A stretch of DNA of 64,000 nucleotides from the IMG/VR virus record IMGVR_UViG_3300009784_000001, positions 278,418 through 342,417 of that record; one strand, given 5' to 3'. Source of the DNA: a virus. Taxonomy: Duplodnaviria; Heunggongvirae; Uroviricota; Caudoviricetes. Within the stretch, counting starts at the first letter, position 1. Each line of letters starts with the position of its first letter. The notes under the pieces were generated by a model, which saw only the letters and a program-made list of their open reading frames with translations, did not search any database and was not told the DNA's origin. The translations under genes were made by a program, and so were the position numbers. This document shows, piece by piece, positions 47,813 to 59,335 of this stretch.

Positions 47813-48406
47813 ATGAAGAAAAAAACTCTTCTTTTAGATATAGATGAAGTAATAAATGATCTTAAAGAAATTTGGATTGATTTATATAATAAGAAATATA
47901 ATGATAATCTTAATTATATGAATATTACTGAGTGGGAAGTTGATAAATTTGTTAAACCAGAAGCAAAAGAAGATATATATGAGTTATTAAAAACTCCTGG
48001 TTTATTTAGTAAAATGTTAACACCACCTGAAGATTCTATTAAAGTTACTGAATTATTAGTTCAATATTATGAAATATATCCTTTAAGTTATTGTGCATAT
48101 CCTCAAAATATCTATGAAAAAATAGAATATTTGGAAAAATATTTTCCCCACATTGATATTAGAAATTTCATAAGTTGTAAAAATAAATCTTTGATTAAAG
48201 GTGATTATATGATAGATGATTATGTTGAAAATCTTAGATATTTCGATGGACAAAGAATATTGTTTAATAGGGAACATAACTTATTTGTAAATAATTTACC
48301 TGATAGAATATATAGAGTTAATAATTGGGAAGATATTTTAATGTATTTTGGAACACAAAATAGTGATGTTTTAAATTATATAGGAAATGAATATAGCAGA
48401 AGATAA
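47813..48406 (+). CDS. 5'(3')-deoxyribonucleotidase (NT5C-like)
   Basis: LDIDEV..K..GDYMIDD..RVNNW. Confidence 0.85.
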   Translation: MKKKTLLLDIDEVINDLKEIWIDLYNKKYNDNLNYMNITEWEVDKFVKPEAKEDIYELLKTPGLFSKMLTPPEDSIKVTELLVQYYEIYPLSYCAYPQNIYEKIEYLEKYFPHIDIRNFISCKNKSLIKGDYMIDDYVENLRYFDGQRILFNREHNLFVNNLPDRIYRVNNWEDILMYFGTQNSDVLNYIGNEYSRR

Positions 48407-48553
48407 TAAAAAGGAAATCTTTTTTGATTATACAATAAATAATGAAATTATCATTGAAAAATATGATAAGAGTGAAGAAATAGAAAAAAAAGAAGATAAA
48501 GAATTAGTTTTAATTCCAGTCTTAAATAGTTGTTGTTATTTTAGTTAAATTTT

Positions 48554-49381
48554 ATGTTTATACCTGATATATTAGAGAAAGGATTTCAAATTTATCCTTA
48601 TAAAAATAAGTATCGAGTTTATACTTCTGATACTTATTGGTTTATTATCAATAATCCTATTGAATTAACAGAAAATAGATTTCTGATGCAGAAAGAAATA
48701 TATGAAAATAAGTTAAAACAGTGTGAAGATTGGTCTAAACAATATTGGGATAAAATAGAAAAATTAAGAAATGATAATGTTCTTTCAAAAGAAAAAATTT
48801 GGTTCACTGCGGATTCACATTTTTCTCATCCAGGTATTTTAACGCATACTGATAGGGGATTTACTGATATACATGAGCATGATGATTCTTGGAGAGATAA
48901 ATGGAATGACACTATTGGTAAAAAAGATAGAATTTATATATTAGGTGATTTTTATTGGAAAAATAGAGTAGGAGCGGTTGCTTTATTACATAAATTAAAT
49001 GGCAATAAATTTTTTATCATTGGAAATCATGATAAAGCAGTTGAAGGATTGGACAATATGTTTGAAAGTATAGATGATTTGAAAACTGTTAGATTCAAAA
49101 AAGAACAATATCCTTATTTTGAAGAATATGAATTTATTGTTTTTATGGAACATTATCCTTGTACTTCCTGGTATCAAAAGCACAGAAATTCTTTGATGTG
49201 CCATGGACATGTACATGGTAATCTTGACAATTTTAATGATATATCAACTGATTTACGTGTAGATGTTGGCATTGATGCGAAATTAGCTAAATCTTGTGAC
49301 GGTTTTATTGATTTAGAACATTTATATGAATTTTATTGGAGAAAAAGAATATTAACAGAAGGTTTAATTGAAAATATATGA
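48554..49381 (+). CDS. calcineurin-like metallophosphoesterase
   Basis: ADSHFSH, LGDF, GNHD, HGHVH. Confidence 0.85.
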   Translation: MFIPDILEKGFQIYPYKNKYRVYTSDTYWFIINNPIELTENRFLMQKEIYENKLKQCEDWSKQYWDKIEKLRNDNVLSKEKIWFTADSHFSHPGILTHTDRGFTDIHEHDDSWRDKWNDTIGKKDRIYILGDFYWKNRVGAVALLHKLNGNKFFIIGNHDKAVEGLDNMFESIDDLKTVRFKKEQYPYFEEYEFIVFMEHYPCTSWYQKHRNSLMCHGHVHGNLDNFNDISTDLRVDVGIDAKLAKSCDGFIDLEHLYEFYWRKRILTEGLIENI

Positions 49382-49625
49382 AAAAATATATTGTAACATA
49401 TTATAATCCTCATGGGCAATGTCAAAATATAATATATCTTAAAGCTAAAAGTTATGGAAATGCTGCTGCTATTTTATTTAGATATTTAAATAAATGCTTT
49501 CATCATAACTATAAAGATATGACAGATAATGAAGCAAAAGAATATGTTGGTGAATGTGATAGTGATATTTGTATCAGTGAGTTTAGAGAGCCTAAATTTG
49601 AAACAGAAGAAGAATTGTTAAGTTA

Positions 49626-50366
49626 ATGTTAAAAGGAGATGAAATTTATCTTGGTGATTGTTTTGATTTATTGTCACAAATTGATGATAAATCTGTTGAT
49701 TTAATTCTTATAGATCCACCTTACAATTTACATAATATTGAATGGGACAAAAATTTACCATTTGATAAATTGTGGAAAGAATATGAAAGAATAATTAAAT
49801 CAAAAGGTAATATATTAATATTTGCTTCTGGTATATTTGCTCATAGATTAGCTTTATCTAATGAAAAGTTATACCGATATGATTTAATTTGGAAAAAATC
49901 AAAAAATGGTTCACCATTGACATGTAAATATATGCCAGCTAAAAAGCATGAATATATATTGGTATTTGGTAAAAGTGCTGCTAAATATAATCCTCAAATG
50001 GAAGAAGGAGAACCTTATAAAAGAAAATGGACACCAAATAAAGTGAATAATATGAAATATGGTATAGAAGGAGTTATAACTGATAATAAAGGTACAAGAC
50101 ATCCCTCTACTATTTTAGATTTTCCTCAAAAATGGTCAAGGCAACAACAAGGTAAATTACACCCTACATTGAAGCCAGTAGCATTATGTGAATGGTTAAT
50201 TAAATCTTATTCAGATGAAAATGATATTGTATTAGATAATTTTATGGGTTCTGGAACAACATGTTTGGCAGCTAAATTAACAAATAGAAAATATATTGGT
50301 ATAGAGAAAGAAGAAAAATACTTTGAAATAGCTAAAAAAAGAATTGAAGAAAATATTGTTTTGTAA
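49626..50366 (+). CDS. DNA methyltransferase (N4/N6 family), paralog of 43007
   Basis: IDPPY, HPTLKP, DNFMGSGTT. Confidence 0.9.
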   Translation: MLKGDEIYLGDCFDLLSQIDDKSVDLILIDPPYNLHNIEWDKNLPFDKLWKEYERIIKSKGNILIFASGIFAHRLALSNEKLYRYDLIWKKSKNGSPLTCKYMPAKKHEYILVFGKSAAKYNPQMEEGEPYKRKWTPNKVNNMKYGIEGVITDNKGTRHPSTILDFPQKWSRQQQGKLHPTLKPVALCEWLIKSYSDENDIVLDNFMGSGTTCLAAKLTNRKYIGIEKEEKYFEIAKKRIEENIVL

Positions 50367-50483
50367 TTAATAATATTGTTTGTATATTTGTATTGAATAA
50401 AAATGAATAGAACAGAAATAAATTTATTTTTCATTTGATGGTTCGTTTTTTAATTATTATACTATTTATATTAAAAGTTTAAT

Positions 50484-51098
50484 ATGAGTAGATATATTAA
50501 GGAAGAATTGGAGAATTTAATTTTAATAGAAAAAAAAAGTTATGAAGAAATTGGTAGATTATATGGAGTTAGTGGGGTAGCAATAAAAAAAGCTGCATAT
50601 AGAAGAGGAATAGATCTACCTATAAGGAATAGGCGAACAAAAAATGCTAATGAACATTTTGATAGAGATGTATCATTAAAAAATTATGGAAATTGTAAAA
50701 ATTGCGGAAAACAATTTATTAAATATAAACAAAAGAGAAACGTTTATTGTAGTATTAAATGCCAAAACGAATATATAGGCAAAGAATATATTAAACAATG
50801 GAAAAATGGAAATATCAGTGGAAGAGTTGGTGTTGGCGTGTCTGGGCATATAAAAACTTATTTATTTAAAAAAAATAATAATAAATGTGAAAAATGTGGT
50901 TGGGATAAAATTCATCCATTAACTAATAAAGTACCATTACAAGTTCATCATATAGATGGTGATTGTACAAATTGTAAAGAAGATAATTTAGAATTGTTAT
51001 GCCCCAATTGTCATTGTTTAACAGATAATTATGGAAATTTGAATAAAAATTCAACAAGGGGTTGTTCCCCAAGATATTTAAAGAAAAATAAAGAATGA
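50484..51098 (+). CDS. HNH endonuclease
   Basis: LQVHHIDGD..NLELLCPNCH. Confidence 0.85.
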   Translation: MSRYIKEELENLILIEKKSYEEIGRLYGVSGVAIKKAAYRRGIDLPIRNRRTKNANEHFDRDVSLKNYGNCKNCGKQFIKYKQKRNVYCSIKCQNEYIGKEYIKQWKNGNISGRVGVGVSGHIKTYLFKKNNNKCEKCGWDKIHPLTNKVPLQVHHIDGDCTNCKEDNLELLCPNCHCLTDNYGNLNKNSTRGCSPRYLKKNKE

Positions 51099-51169
51099 CT
51101 CTGTAGTTCAATGGATTAGAATTTCAAAGTACGAATTTGAGGATGCGGATTCGATTTTCGCCAGAGTTA
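51097..51169 (+). tRNA. tRNA-Arg(ACG)
   Basis: TCAAA-GTACGAA-TTTGA. Confidence 0.85.
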
Positions 51170-51197
51170 CAATTAGAAACATAAAAAAATAAAAATT

Positions 51198-51665
51198 ATG
51201 AGCAGGAAAGTAAAGTATGTTGTAGAAGACAACAAATTGTATCAACTTAAAAAAGATGGTACAAAAACAGAATTGAAAGGTGAGAAGTTATTTTATGCTG
51301 TAGGGAATGCAGTTACTGATAATGGATATGGTAGGGAAATTGTTATAGTTGGAATAAGAAGTACTAGAAAGGTTGAAAAAACTTTTGTTTCTGCTTTTCA
51401 AATAAGTGGTCAAGAAGTAAATATAAGTACTAATGCAATTTCAAAAGAAACAGTTTTTAAATTAGGGCATGCTATCTGTCATCCTGATGATGATTTTGAT
51501 GTGGATAGGGGTTTAGAATTAGCAATTAGACATGCAAAAAGTTCTAAAAGAGAATTAGTGGCTAATTCTTATTCATTGTTAGGAAATGATAGATGTGAAA
51601 ATATTGTTAAAGATGAATTCAGTTATATTTCTAATAATTTAAAAGATTATATTAATGGAAAATAA
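51198..51665 (+). CDS. conserved hypothetical phage protein
   Basis: GHAICHPDDDFD..GLELA. Confidence 0.6.
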   Translation: MSRKVKYVVEDNKLYQLKKDGTKTELKGEKLFYAVGNAVTDNGYGREIVIVGIRSTRKVEKTFVSAFQISGQEVNISTNAISKETVFKLGHAICHPDDDFDVDRGLELAIRHAKSSKRELVANSYSLLGNDRCENIVKDEFSYISNNLKDYINGK

Positions 51666-51837
51666 AGATAATGAAGAAAAACCATTTTCTACTGATGCTT
51701 TGGATGGTTATCCAACAGTAAAAAGCTGGGAAGAAAATAGTGGCAGAGGATTTTGGGGAAATGAAACAACAGGTTATCATTATGATAATGATGATGAAGA
51801 TATGTCTACTTGGAGAAGTTTTAATGAATAATTTTTA

Positions 51838-51877
51838 TGACAAATTGGCATATTTTATATAATGGCATATAAATTGA
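51838..51877 (+). promoter_or_regulatory. TGACA-N3-TGGCA box + sigma-54-like promoter
   Basis: TGGCATA-N4-TTGA. Confidence 0.6.
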
Positions 51878-51913
51878 TATTTAGTAAATAATAATAATTA
51901 AAAAATAAAAATT

Positions 51914-52327
51914 ATGAATTTAGAAAAAAAAGAAATTTTAAGTAATTTAAGTGAGGTTTTTGAAGAAATTTTTCCTAGTGTTTTTGGCAGCCCAGTTATT
52001 TGGAACAAAAGTAACTTTTTATCTAATTTAGCTAACGAAAAGGTTATTGAAGATGAAAATGAATGGAAAATAGAAATTGTTGCGCCAAAAGCAGATAAAG
52101 CAAATTTCAAAGTTGAGGTTGTGAAAGATGAATTAACTGTTTCTTATGAAAAGAAAGAAGAAGTTGAAAAAGGATTTTCTTTAGAGTCTTTTGAAGAAAT
52201 TTTCACTATTCCTGAAAATGTAGATATTGATAATTTTAAGAGTGAATATAAAGACGGAATTCTCTATATTTATGCTCCTAAAAAGGAGATAACAACAGTA
52301 AATACTCGTATTATTGAAATTCAATAA
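51914..52327 (+). CDS. Hsp20 small heat-shock protein
   Basis: Alpha-crystallin domain, SEYKDGILYIYAPK. Confidence 0.9.
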   Translation: MNLEKKEILSNLSEVFEEIFPSVFGSPVIWNKSNFLSNLANEKVIEDENEWKIEIVAPKADKANFKVEVVKDELTVSYEKKEEVEKGFSLESFEEIFTIPENVDIDNFKSEYKDGILYIYAPKKEITTVNTRIIEIQ

Positions 52328-52344
52328 TTTTATTTATTTCATTT

Positions 52345-52381
52345 AAAAAATCCTGATATAAGAAATGTCAGGATTTTTTTT
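52345..52381 (+). terminator. intrinsic terminator
   Basis: aaaaaatcctgat/gtcaggatttttt. Confidence 0.75.
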
Positions 52382-52410
52382 GGTAGATAAAGATAATTTT
52401 TGTATCTTTG
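52379..52410 (+). promoter_or_regulatory. Bacteroidota-type promoter
   Basis: TTTG...TATCTTTG. Confidence 0.75.
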
Positions 52411-52607
52411 CAATGTTTTATAATTAGCATATATGGAAGATAAAATTAAAAAATTAATTGAAATATTAAAGAAAGCAAAAACAGAATTTGAACTTTATAT
52501 ACAAAGATGTCAAGAAGAACTTAAACCAGATTATAATATGGGTTTAATACAAGGACGTATAGAAAGTTATGATATAATAATTAATGAATTAAATAAAATA
52601 TTAAAAA

Positions 52608-53834
52608 ATGATAATTAAAAGTTTATTGGACAATGATCTATATTTTTATAATATGCTCCAGTTCATTGTTGATCAGAAATTTGACAAGTTGATTGTTGGT
52701 AAAGAATTATTTTTAAGAGGGGAATACAAATTTCCATTGGGTTTTGGAAAGGCATTAAAGGAAGAAATTGATTCCTGGAAAGATTTAAGATTTTCAGATG
52801 AAGAATTAGATTTTCTTTATTCAAGAACAAAAAATTGGATAAATTTTGATTTTATTTATGGATATTTAAAATCATATAAATTATCCCCTGATTTAATCAA
52901 ATTACATATTAATAGATGCTCAGATTCAACAAAAGAAGATTATGAATCTATATCTTTGAGTTATGAAGGTGAATGGGCTAAGATAATTATGTTTGAATGT
53001 TTTTTATTAGCTGTAATGAATGAAATCTATGGAAAATTGACATTTGATGTTAAACATGTGCTTAATTTTAGTGAAATATCAGCAAGAAATTCAAATAAAT
53101 TTCAAGAAATGAAAGACAAGAAAATTCAAGTTTTTGAGTTTGGGACAAGACGTAGATATTCTTTTGAAAATCAAAATTTAGCTATAATGCAAATGATTGA
53201 TTATGGTGTGATAAAAGGCACATCAAATCTTTATTTTGCTAAAAAATATGATTTGCCTGTGTTTGGTACAATGGCACATGAATTATTTTCTGTATTTGCT
53301 GCTGTATATGGTGTAGAGAGTGCTAATTATCAAGTTATATCTAAATGGGCTGAAACATTTAATGGTTCTCTTGGGGTAGCTTTGACAGATACCTTTACTA
53401 CACAATCATTTCTTCAACATTCTTTTACAAGATTTTATGCAAAATTATATGATGGAATGAGAGAAGATTCTGCTCCAAATACAGATATTTATGTTGATAA
53501 TGCTATTATTAAATATAGTGAATTAGGAATTAATCCAGTAAGTAAAAAGGTAGTTCATTCTAATGGAATTGATTCTGTTAATTTGATGTATCATTTATTA
53601 AATTACAGAAAAGATGAAATCGGAAGGGATTTAGGAGTAGGAACATTTTTAACTAATGATGTATCAAGAGAAGGTTCTGGTAAACATTTAAATAGTTGGG
53701 TTATTAAAACTGTTTTTGCTATTGTAAATGGTCAAAAGAGATATACAGCAAAATTAGGAGATAATCCAGCAAAAGCAACTTCTATTTCGGATAAATTAAT
53801 TGAATGTTATAAATTTTTATTAGATATAAAATGA
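52608..53834 (+). CDS. pncB: nicotinate phosphoribosyltransferase
   Basis: SLLDNDLY, EFGTRRR, GTSN, GTMAHE, ALTDT, GVGTFLTND. Confidence 0.88.
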   Translation: MIIKSLLDNDLYFYNMLQFIVDQKFDKLIVGKELFLRGEYKFPLGFGKALKEEIDSWKDLRFSDEELDFLYSRTKNWINFDFIYGYLKSYKLSPDLIKLHINRCSDSTKEDYESISLSYEGEWAKIIMFECFLLAVMNEIYGKLTFDVKHVLNFSEISARNSNKFQEMKDKKIQVFEFGTRRRYSFENQNLAIMQMIDYGVIKGTSNLYFAKKYDLPVFGTMAHELFSVFAAVYGVESANYQVISKWAETFNGSLGVALTDTFTTQSFLQHSFTRFYAKLYDGMREDSAPNTDIYVDNAIIKYSELGINPVSKKVVHSNGIDSVNLMYHLLNYRKDEIGRDLGVGTFLTNDVSREGSGKHLNSWVIKTVFAIVNGQKRYTAKLGDNPAKATSISDKLIECYKFLLDIK

Positions 53835-54124
53835 AAAAAGTATTATTATTTTTAAGTTTATTTATTTTTATTTCATGTGGTGATTGTGGATGTGGAGAGC
53901 CAGATTCATATGGAACATATGAATTAACATATAGCATAGTTTATTCTGATATGGTTTCAACAAAAACAATTACTATTTCAGATACTTGTTATTTAACCTC
54001 TTATAGAGGAAGTAATAAATTAAGTGTTAGAGATAAAAAGGCTAGTTATGGAGAAACAGTAATTATAGAAACAACTGCTCCTATTAGAATTGAAAAATTA
54101 ATTAAAATAGCAGAAAATGAATAA
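53831..54124 (+). CDS. lipoprotein
   Basis: Lipobox FISC; paralog of 59576. Confidence 0.7.
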   Translation: MKKVLLFLSLFIFISCGDCGCGEPDSYGTYELTYSIVYSDMVSTKTITISDTCYLTSYRGSNKLSVRDKKASYGETVIIETTAPIRIEKLIKIAENE

Positions 54125-54367
54125 AAGTGCATTATTAAAAATAGTAATTTTATTATTAGAAGATTATAAAGAAGAATTGGCTAATAATGGTTGTAATGAT
54201 ACACCAGATGAAATTAAAAATATCATTATTGAAGAAATTGGATTAAATGAATTTCAAAAATGGGCCGAAGAATGGAATAATGGAGAATGTGAAGATGCTA
54301 TAGATTATGATTGGATTGTAACAGGAGTTATTGCAAACCAGTTAAAAAAATTAAAATAGAAAATAAA

Positions 54368-54414
54368 AAGGGGGATTTATTACTATTGCAACCTCTTAAA
54401 AAATGCTAAAATGT
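54368..54414 (+). promoter_or_regulatory. SAM-II/SAM-V-like riboswitch upstream of metK
   Basis: AAGGGG-GATTT-ATTAC-TATTGC-AA-CCTCTT-A6T-GCTAAAA. Confidence 0.75.
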
Positions 54415-54458
54415 TGCAAAAATAAATCTCATTTAATAATAATTAAAAAAATAAAAAA

Positions 54459-55628
54459 ATGAGTAAAAAAGTTATTACAAGTGAGTTTGTTTCATGGGGA
54501 CATCCTGACAAAATTGCTGATCAAATCAGCGATGCAATTTTAGAAGAATTATTGTATGAAGATTCTAAAACCAGAGCAGGAATTGAAGTATTAGTAAAAG
54601 ATAATATTGTTGTTCTTGGTGGAGAAATCAATTCAAAAGGAAAAGTGGACTATGATATTGTTGTTAGAAGTGTATTTGAAAAATTACCATTTCCTGAAAA
54701 TCATAATCTTCAACCAGAGAATATTAAAATTATAAATTTAATTGGAAAACAATCCTTTGAAATTCATCAAGGAGTTGATAAATCTAATGATATTATAGGA
54801 GCAGGAGATCAAGGATTTATGGTTGGTTTTGCTTCAGATGAAACAGAGGAATATTTACCTTTAGGTGTTTATCTTGCTAAACATATTTGTCAATATATTA
54901 GTAAACAAACTCATCTCGGTTTTGGTCCTGATACTAAAACACAAGTTATTGTTGATTATTTTAATAATGAAATGCTATTATTTAATGATATACGCCCACA
55001 TATTATTGTTGAATCGATATTAGTATCAACAATGCAACAAGGAGATTTAACATATGATAGAGAATTGATAAAAAATATTATTTTGAATAATGATATGAAG
55101 ATTGATTCAGAAATTTATAAAAAATATATTAAAAATAATGAAACACTTGTAATAACTGTTAATCCTTGTGGTGAATGGAGAATTGGCGGTCCAATATCTG
55201 ATTGTGGAGTAACAGGAAGAAAAATTGTAGTAGATCAATTTGGAGGTTATTCTAATGTAGGTGGAGGGGGGTTAAGTGGAAAGGACCTTTCAAAAGTAGA
55301 TAGATCTGCTGCTTATATGGCAAGATATTTAGCTAAAAATATTGTTGCAAGTGGTATAGCAAACACTTGTAAGGTAGAATTATCTTATATGATTGGAATA
55401 CCTAATCCATCTTCAATTAATATAGAATTGAATAAAAATCAACATTTAGTACCAGAAATTAAGGCTTTTATTGAAGAAAATGTTAATCTGACTCCAAAAG
55501 CAATTATTGATAAGTTTAGTGATTGCTTTGAACCATACAGAATGGCTGTGGAAGGGCATTATGGAAATATGATGGATTGTTGGGAAGAAATTGATTTTGC
55601 AAAAGATTTGAAAGAATATTTATATTAA
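54459..55628 (+). CDS. metK: S-adenosylmethionine synthetase
   Basis: GHPDKIADQISD, GAGDQG, TGRKI, GGGLSGKD.SKVDRS. Confidence 0.95.
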   Translation: MSKKVITSEFVSWGHPDKIADQISDAILEELLYEDSKTRAGIEVLVKDNIVVLGGEINSKGKVDYDIVVRSVFEKLPFPENHNLQPENIKIINLIGKQSFEIHQGVDKSNDIIGAGDQGFMVGFASDETEEYLPLGVYLAKHICQYISKQTHLGFGPDTKTQVIVDYFNNEMLLFNDIRPHIIVESILVSTMQQGDLTYDRELIKNIILNNDMKIDSEIYKKYIKNNETLVITVNPCGEWRIGGPISDCGVTGRKIVVDQFGGYSNVGGGGLSGKDLSKVDRSAAYMARYLAKNIVASGIANTCKVELSYMIGIPNPSSINIELNKNQHLVPEIKAFIEENVNLTPKAIIDKFSDCFEPYRMAVEGHYGNMMDCWEEIDFAKDLKEYLY

Positions 55629-55641
55629 TACAAATTATTTT

Positions 55642-56442
55642 ATGGAAAATTATAGAAATAAATTTAAATTTTTATGTGAATATGATGTTTCTAAAGGTGG
55701 TCTTCTTATGGAATCAGAAGGTAGGTATAAATTAATTGGATATATAAAAGATTCTGATGTAAAATTTGCACTTGGTGATTATTATGTTTTAATTGATACA
55801 ACTGTGCCTGAATCAGATAATATAAATCAATATGCTGAAAGAGCAATTATGTATAATTCAGAAGAAGATGGATCAGGAATTACTCTTCCTCATTATAGAG
55901 AATTAAAAAATTTTATTACACTTTTACCAGAATACAAAAATTCATATTATGAACATGCTATTTTTGGAGAACCAGAAGATATAAAGAAACAAAAATCTGA
56001 AGAACTTTTTGCAACTATTCAACAAGAAAATGGAAATGCTATATTAACACATAATTCTTCTAAAAAAATTACTGATGGATATGTGAGAATAGGAATGACT
56101 TCTAATGATTACTCTGCTTCTGATTTTAGAGGAGATAATACTCCAAGAGCTTATTTCTGGGGAAGTAGTGGTGGTATGGATGTATCAAATGCTCATGCAA
56201 CTTATATTTACACTTGTGAAGTTCCAATAGATAAAATTTATGATATTCAAAATAATATAAACCACTGGGATTCAAAAGAAGCTATAGCGAATGGTTATAT
56301 TGCTACAGCATATTATATGAGTGGAGAAAAGCAAAGAGGAACAGTAGTTGCTTCTTATGTGTCTTTACCAATAAAAACCATAAAAATTAGTATGGATAGT
56401 AGTAAAATTTATAATGCCAATTGGCAGTTGATTAATCAATAA
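55642..56442 (+). CDS. hypothetical, possible ADP-ribosyltransferase-like virion protein
   Basis: LTHNSS..AYFW..YIYTCEV. Confidence 0.35.
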   Translation: MENYRNKFKFLCEYDVSKGGLLMESEGRYKLIGYIKDSDVKFALGDYYVLIDTTVPESDNINQYAERAIMYNSEEDGSGITLPHYRELKNFITLLPEYKNSYYEHAIFGEPEDIKKQKSEELFATIQQENGNAILTHNSSKKITDGYVRIGMTSNDYSASDFRGDNTPRAYFWGSSGGMDVSNAHATYIYTCEVPIDKIYDIQNNINHWDSKEAIANGYIATAYYMSGEKQRGTVVASYVSLPIKTIKISMDSSKIYNANWQLINQ

Positions 56443-56458
56443 TAAAAGGATAAATGTT

Positions 56459-56932
56459 ATGTTAACTTTTTTTGAAGAAAAATACAAAGAATATAAAGGT
56501 TGCTGTAATTGGATTCTATTTTCTTTTTGTGGAAAACATGAATATGAATATGAAGAAGATTTATGGGTTGCTGGTGATATTGGAACTATTGCATTGATAG
56601 GCGATTTATATGTAGATTTACAAGATATGATTACTGATTTAAATAATAATGCTCCAAAAGAAGAATTTCTAAAATGGTATGATTATTCTCTTGAAGTATA
56701 TCAATTAGGATTAAATAATGTAAATTATAAAAGTTGGTTAAATGGTTGCCCAAGATATACAGATGAAGAACTCAAAATGATAAGAGAAAAGAAAGAAGAA
56801 GCTATGATAAGGGAATTGGAATGGATTACAGATATTCATACTAAAAAAGATAATATCATATCAGGAATTTTTGATTCTGAAGGTATTACTTTAACTAAAA
56901 AAGATGGAACTAATGTAAGAATAAATTATTAA
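56459..56932 (+). CDS. hypothetical phage protein
   Basis: ORF track. Confidence 0.6.
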   Translation: MLTFFEEKYKEYKGCCNWILFSFCGKHEYEYEEDLWVAGDIGTIALIGDLYVDLQDMITDLNNNAPKEEFLKWYDYSLEVYQLGLNNVNYKSWLNGCPRYTDEELKMIREKKEEAMIRELEWITDIHTKKDNIISGIFDSEGITLTKKDGTNVRINY

Positions 56933-56935
56933 ATT

Positions 56936-57325
56936 ATGGATTTGTCAAATATATTAAGGGAGGAAGAAATTAGAAATAATTCTTCTTCTTTTATAAGAGA
57001 ATTAATTGATATCAATAGAGCAAGTACTATTGTTGATGCCATGTTAGATACTCCTAATAGAAAAATGGAATATTCTGATATAATTTTTGAATTTCAAAAA
57101 GATAAAGCAGATTTTTTTAGAATTAAAAAAAGTAGATTTTGTGAAATAGGATTGTATGTAAGTCAAAAATATTATCTTAATAAATTAGAAGAATGGCATA
57201 AAAAGGAAAATGATTATAAAGAATTGCTTATTGAAAAAAATGAACAAATTGATAGACTTCTTATTCAAATAAAAACATATGAAAAAGAAGGAATGAAAAA
57301 GAAAAAATGGCAGTTTTGGAGATGA
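56936..57325 (+). CDS. hypothetical protein
   Basis: KKKWQFW C-terminus. Confidence 0.6.
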   Translation: MDLSNILREEEIRNNSSSFIRELIDINRASTIVDAMLDTPNRKMEYSDIIFEFQKDKADFFRIKKSRFCEIGLYVSQKYYLNKLEEWHKKENDYKELLIEKNEQIDRLLIQIKTYEKEGMKKKKWQFWR

Positions 57326-57361
57326 CAATTTGTCATATAATTGTTTTGGTATGAAATTTGT
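57323..57361 (+). promoter_or_regulatory. TGACA-N3-TGTCA box + sigma-54-like promoter
   Basis: TGGTATG-N4-TTGT. Confidence 0.6.
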
Positions 57362-57388
57362 AAAATGTTATGTAAAATTTAAATAAAT

Positions 57389-59335
57389 ATGAATAAAGTA
57401 ATTGGAATAGACCTTGGAACGACTAATTCGTGCGTTTCAGTTATGGAAGGGAATAATACAGTTGTTATTCCAAATAATGAAGGAAGAAATACAACTCCTT
57501 CAATTGTTGCGTTTATAAATGATAGTGAAAGAAAAGTTGGAGAACCTGCGAAACGTCAAGCAGTAACTAATCCTACAAAAACTATTTCATCCATTAAGCG
57601 TTTTATGGGTGAAAAATATAGTAATCTTGGAAAGGAAATTGAAAGAGTTTCTTATAAAGTTGATAAAGGTACAAATGATCTACCTAAAGTAGATATTGAT
57701 GGAAAACTTTATTCTCCTCAAGAAATTTCAGCAATAATTCTTCAAAAAATGAAAAAGACTGCTGAAGATTATCTTGGTCAAGATGTAAAAGAAGCTGTTA
57801 TTACAGTTCCTGCTTATTTTTCAGATGCTTCAAGACAAGCAACAAAAGAAGCTGGTGAGATAGCTGGTTTAAAAGTTTTAAGAATTATAAATGAGCCAAC
57901 AGCAGCAGCATTAGCTTATGGTTTAGATAAATCAGATAAAGACAAGAGAATTGCTGTATTTGATTTAGGTGGAGGTACATTTGACATTTCTATTCTTGAA
58001 TTAGGTGGTGGTGTATTTGAAGTAAAATCAACAAATGGTGATACACATTTAGGTGGTGATGATTTTGATCATGTTCTTGTTGATTGGTTAGCAGATGAAT
58101 TTAAAAAAGATGAAGGAATTGATATAAGAAAAGATCCAATGGCAGCACAACGATTGAAAGAGGCTGCTGAGAAAGCTAAAATTGAATTATCAAGTTCTTC
58201 TTCAACAGAAATTAATTTACCATATATTATTCCTGTAGATGGAATACCTAAACATTTAGTAAAAACATTAACTCGTGCTAAATTTGAACAATTATGCGAT
58301 AATCTAATTAAAGCAACTATTAAACCATGCGAAAAAGCATTAGAAGATGCTGGATTGAAGCCATCTGATATTGATGAAGTTATTTTGGTTGGAGGTTCTA
58401 CTCGTATTCCTACTGTTCAAGATACAGTTGAAAAGATATTTGGAAAAGTTCCTTCTAAAAATGTAAATCCTGATGAAGTTGTTGCAGTTGGGGCAGCTAT
58501 TCAAGGTGCAGTTCTTACAGGGGAAGTAAAAGATGTTTTATTACTAGATGTAACACCTCTTTCCCTTTCTATTGAAACAATGGGAGGAATAGCGACTAAA
58601 TTAGTTGAGTCCAATACAACTATTCCTTGTAAAAAATCAGAAATATTTACTACAGCAGTTGATAATCAACCAGCGGTTACAGTTAGAATTTGTCAAGGAG
58701 AACGTTCATTGTTTAATGATAATAAACAAATTGGAGTATTTAATTTGGATGGAATTTTACCTGCAAGACGTGGTACACCACAAATTGAGGTTGTATTTGA
58801 TATCGATTCAAATGGTATATTGAATGTTTCTGCAACAGATAAAGGAACAGGAAAAGAACAACATATTACTATTGAAGCATCAAGTGGTTTATCTCAAGAT
58901 GAAATTGATAGAATGAAAAAAGAGGCTGAACAGTTTAAGAAACAAGATGAAGAAGAAAAAGTTAAAATTGAAAAGTTAAATAAAGCCGATTCTTTAATAT
59001 TTCAAACTGAAAAACAATTTGAAGAATTTGGAAATAAATTAACAGAAGATGATAAAAAAGAATTTCAACCAATATTGGATGAATTGAAAGAAGCTGTTAA
59101 AAATAAAAATGTTGATAAAGTTGATTCTCTTGAAAAACAATTGAATGATATATGGGTAAAGTTATCTGCTAAATTATATTCACAAAGTAATGGTAATCAA
59201 GGAAATAGTAGTAATCCATTTGGAGAAGGATTTAATTTTGATGATTTGATGAAGAATTCACAAGCTGGAGCAGCTTCCAACAATAATTCACAATCATCTG
59301 ATGTACAAGATGTTCCTTTCGAGGAAGTAAAATGA
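57389..59335 (+). CDS. dnaK: chaperone DnaK
   Basis: [18 protein letters not shown], full length. Confidence 0.97.
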   Translation: MNKVIGIDLGTTNSCVSVMEGNNTVVIPNNEGRNTTPSIVAFINDSERKVGEPAKRQAVTNPTKTISSIKRFMGEKYSNLGKEIERVSYKVDKGTNDLPKVDIDGKLYSPQEISAIILQKMKKTAEDYLGQDVKEAVITVPAYFSDASRQATKEAGEIAGLKVLRIINEPTAAALAYGLDKSDKDKRIAVFDLGGGTFDISILELGGGVFEVKSTNGDTHLGGDDFDHVLVDWLADEFKKDEGIDIRKDPMAAQRLKEAAEKAKIELSSSSSTEINLPYIIPVDGIPKHLVKTLTRAKFEQLCDNLIKATIKPCEKALEDAGLKPSDIDEVILVGGSTRIPTVQDTVEKIFGKVPSKNVNPDEVVAVGAAIQGAVLTGEVKDVLLLDVTPLSLSIETMGGIATKLVESNTTIPCKKSEIFTTAVDNQPAVTVRICQGERSLFNDNKQIGVFNLDGILPARRGTPQIEVVFDIDSNGILNVSATDKGTGKEQHITIEASSGLSQDEIDRMKKEAEQFKKQDEEEKVKIEKLNKADSLIFQTEKQFEEFGNKLTEDDKKEFQPILDELKEAVKNKNVDKVDSLEKQLNDIWVKLSAKLYSQSNGNQGNSSNPFGEGFNFDDLMKNSQAGAASNNNSQSSDVQDVPFEEVK

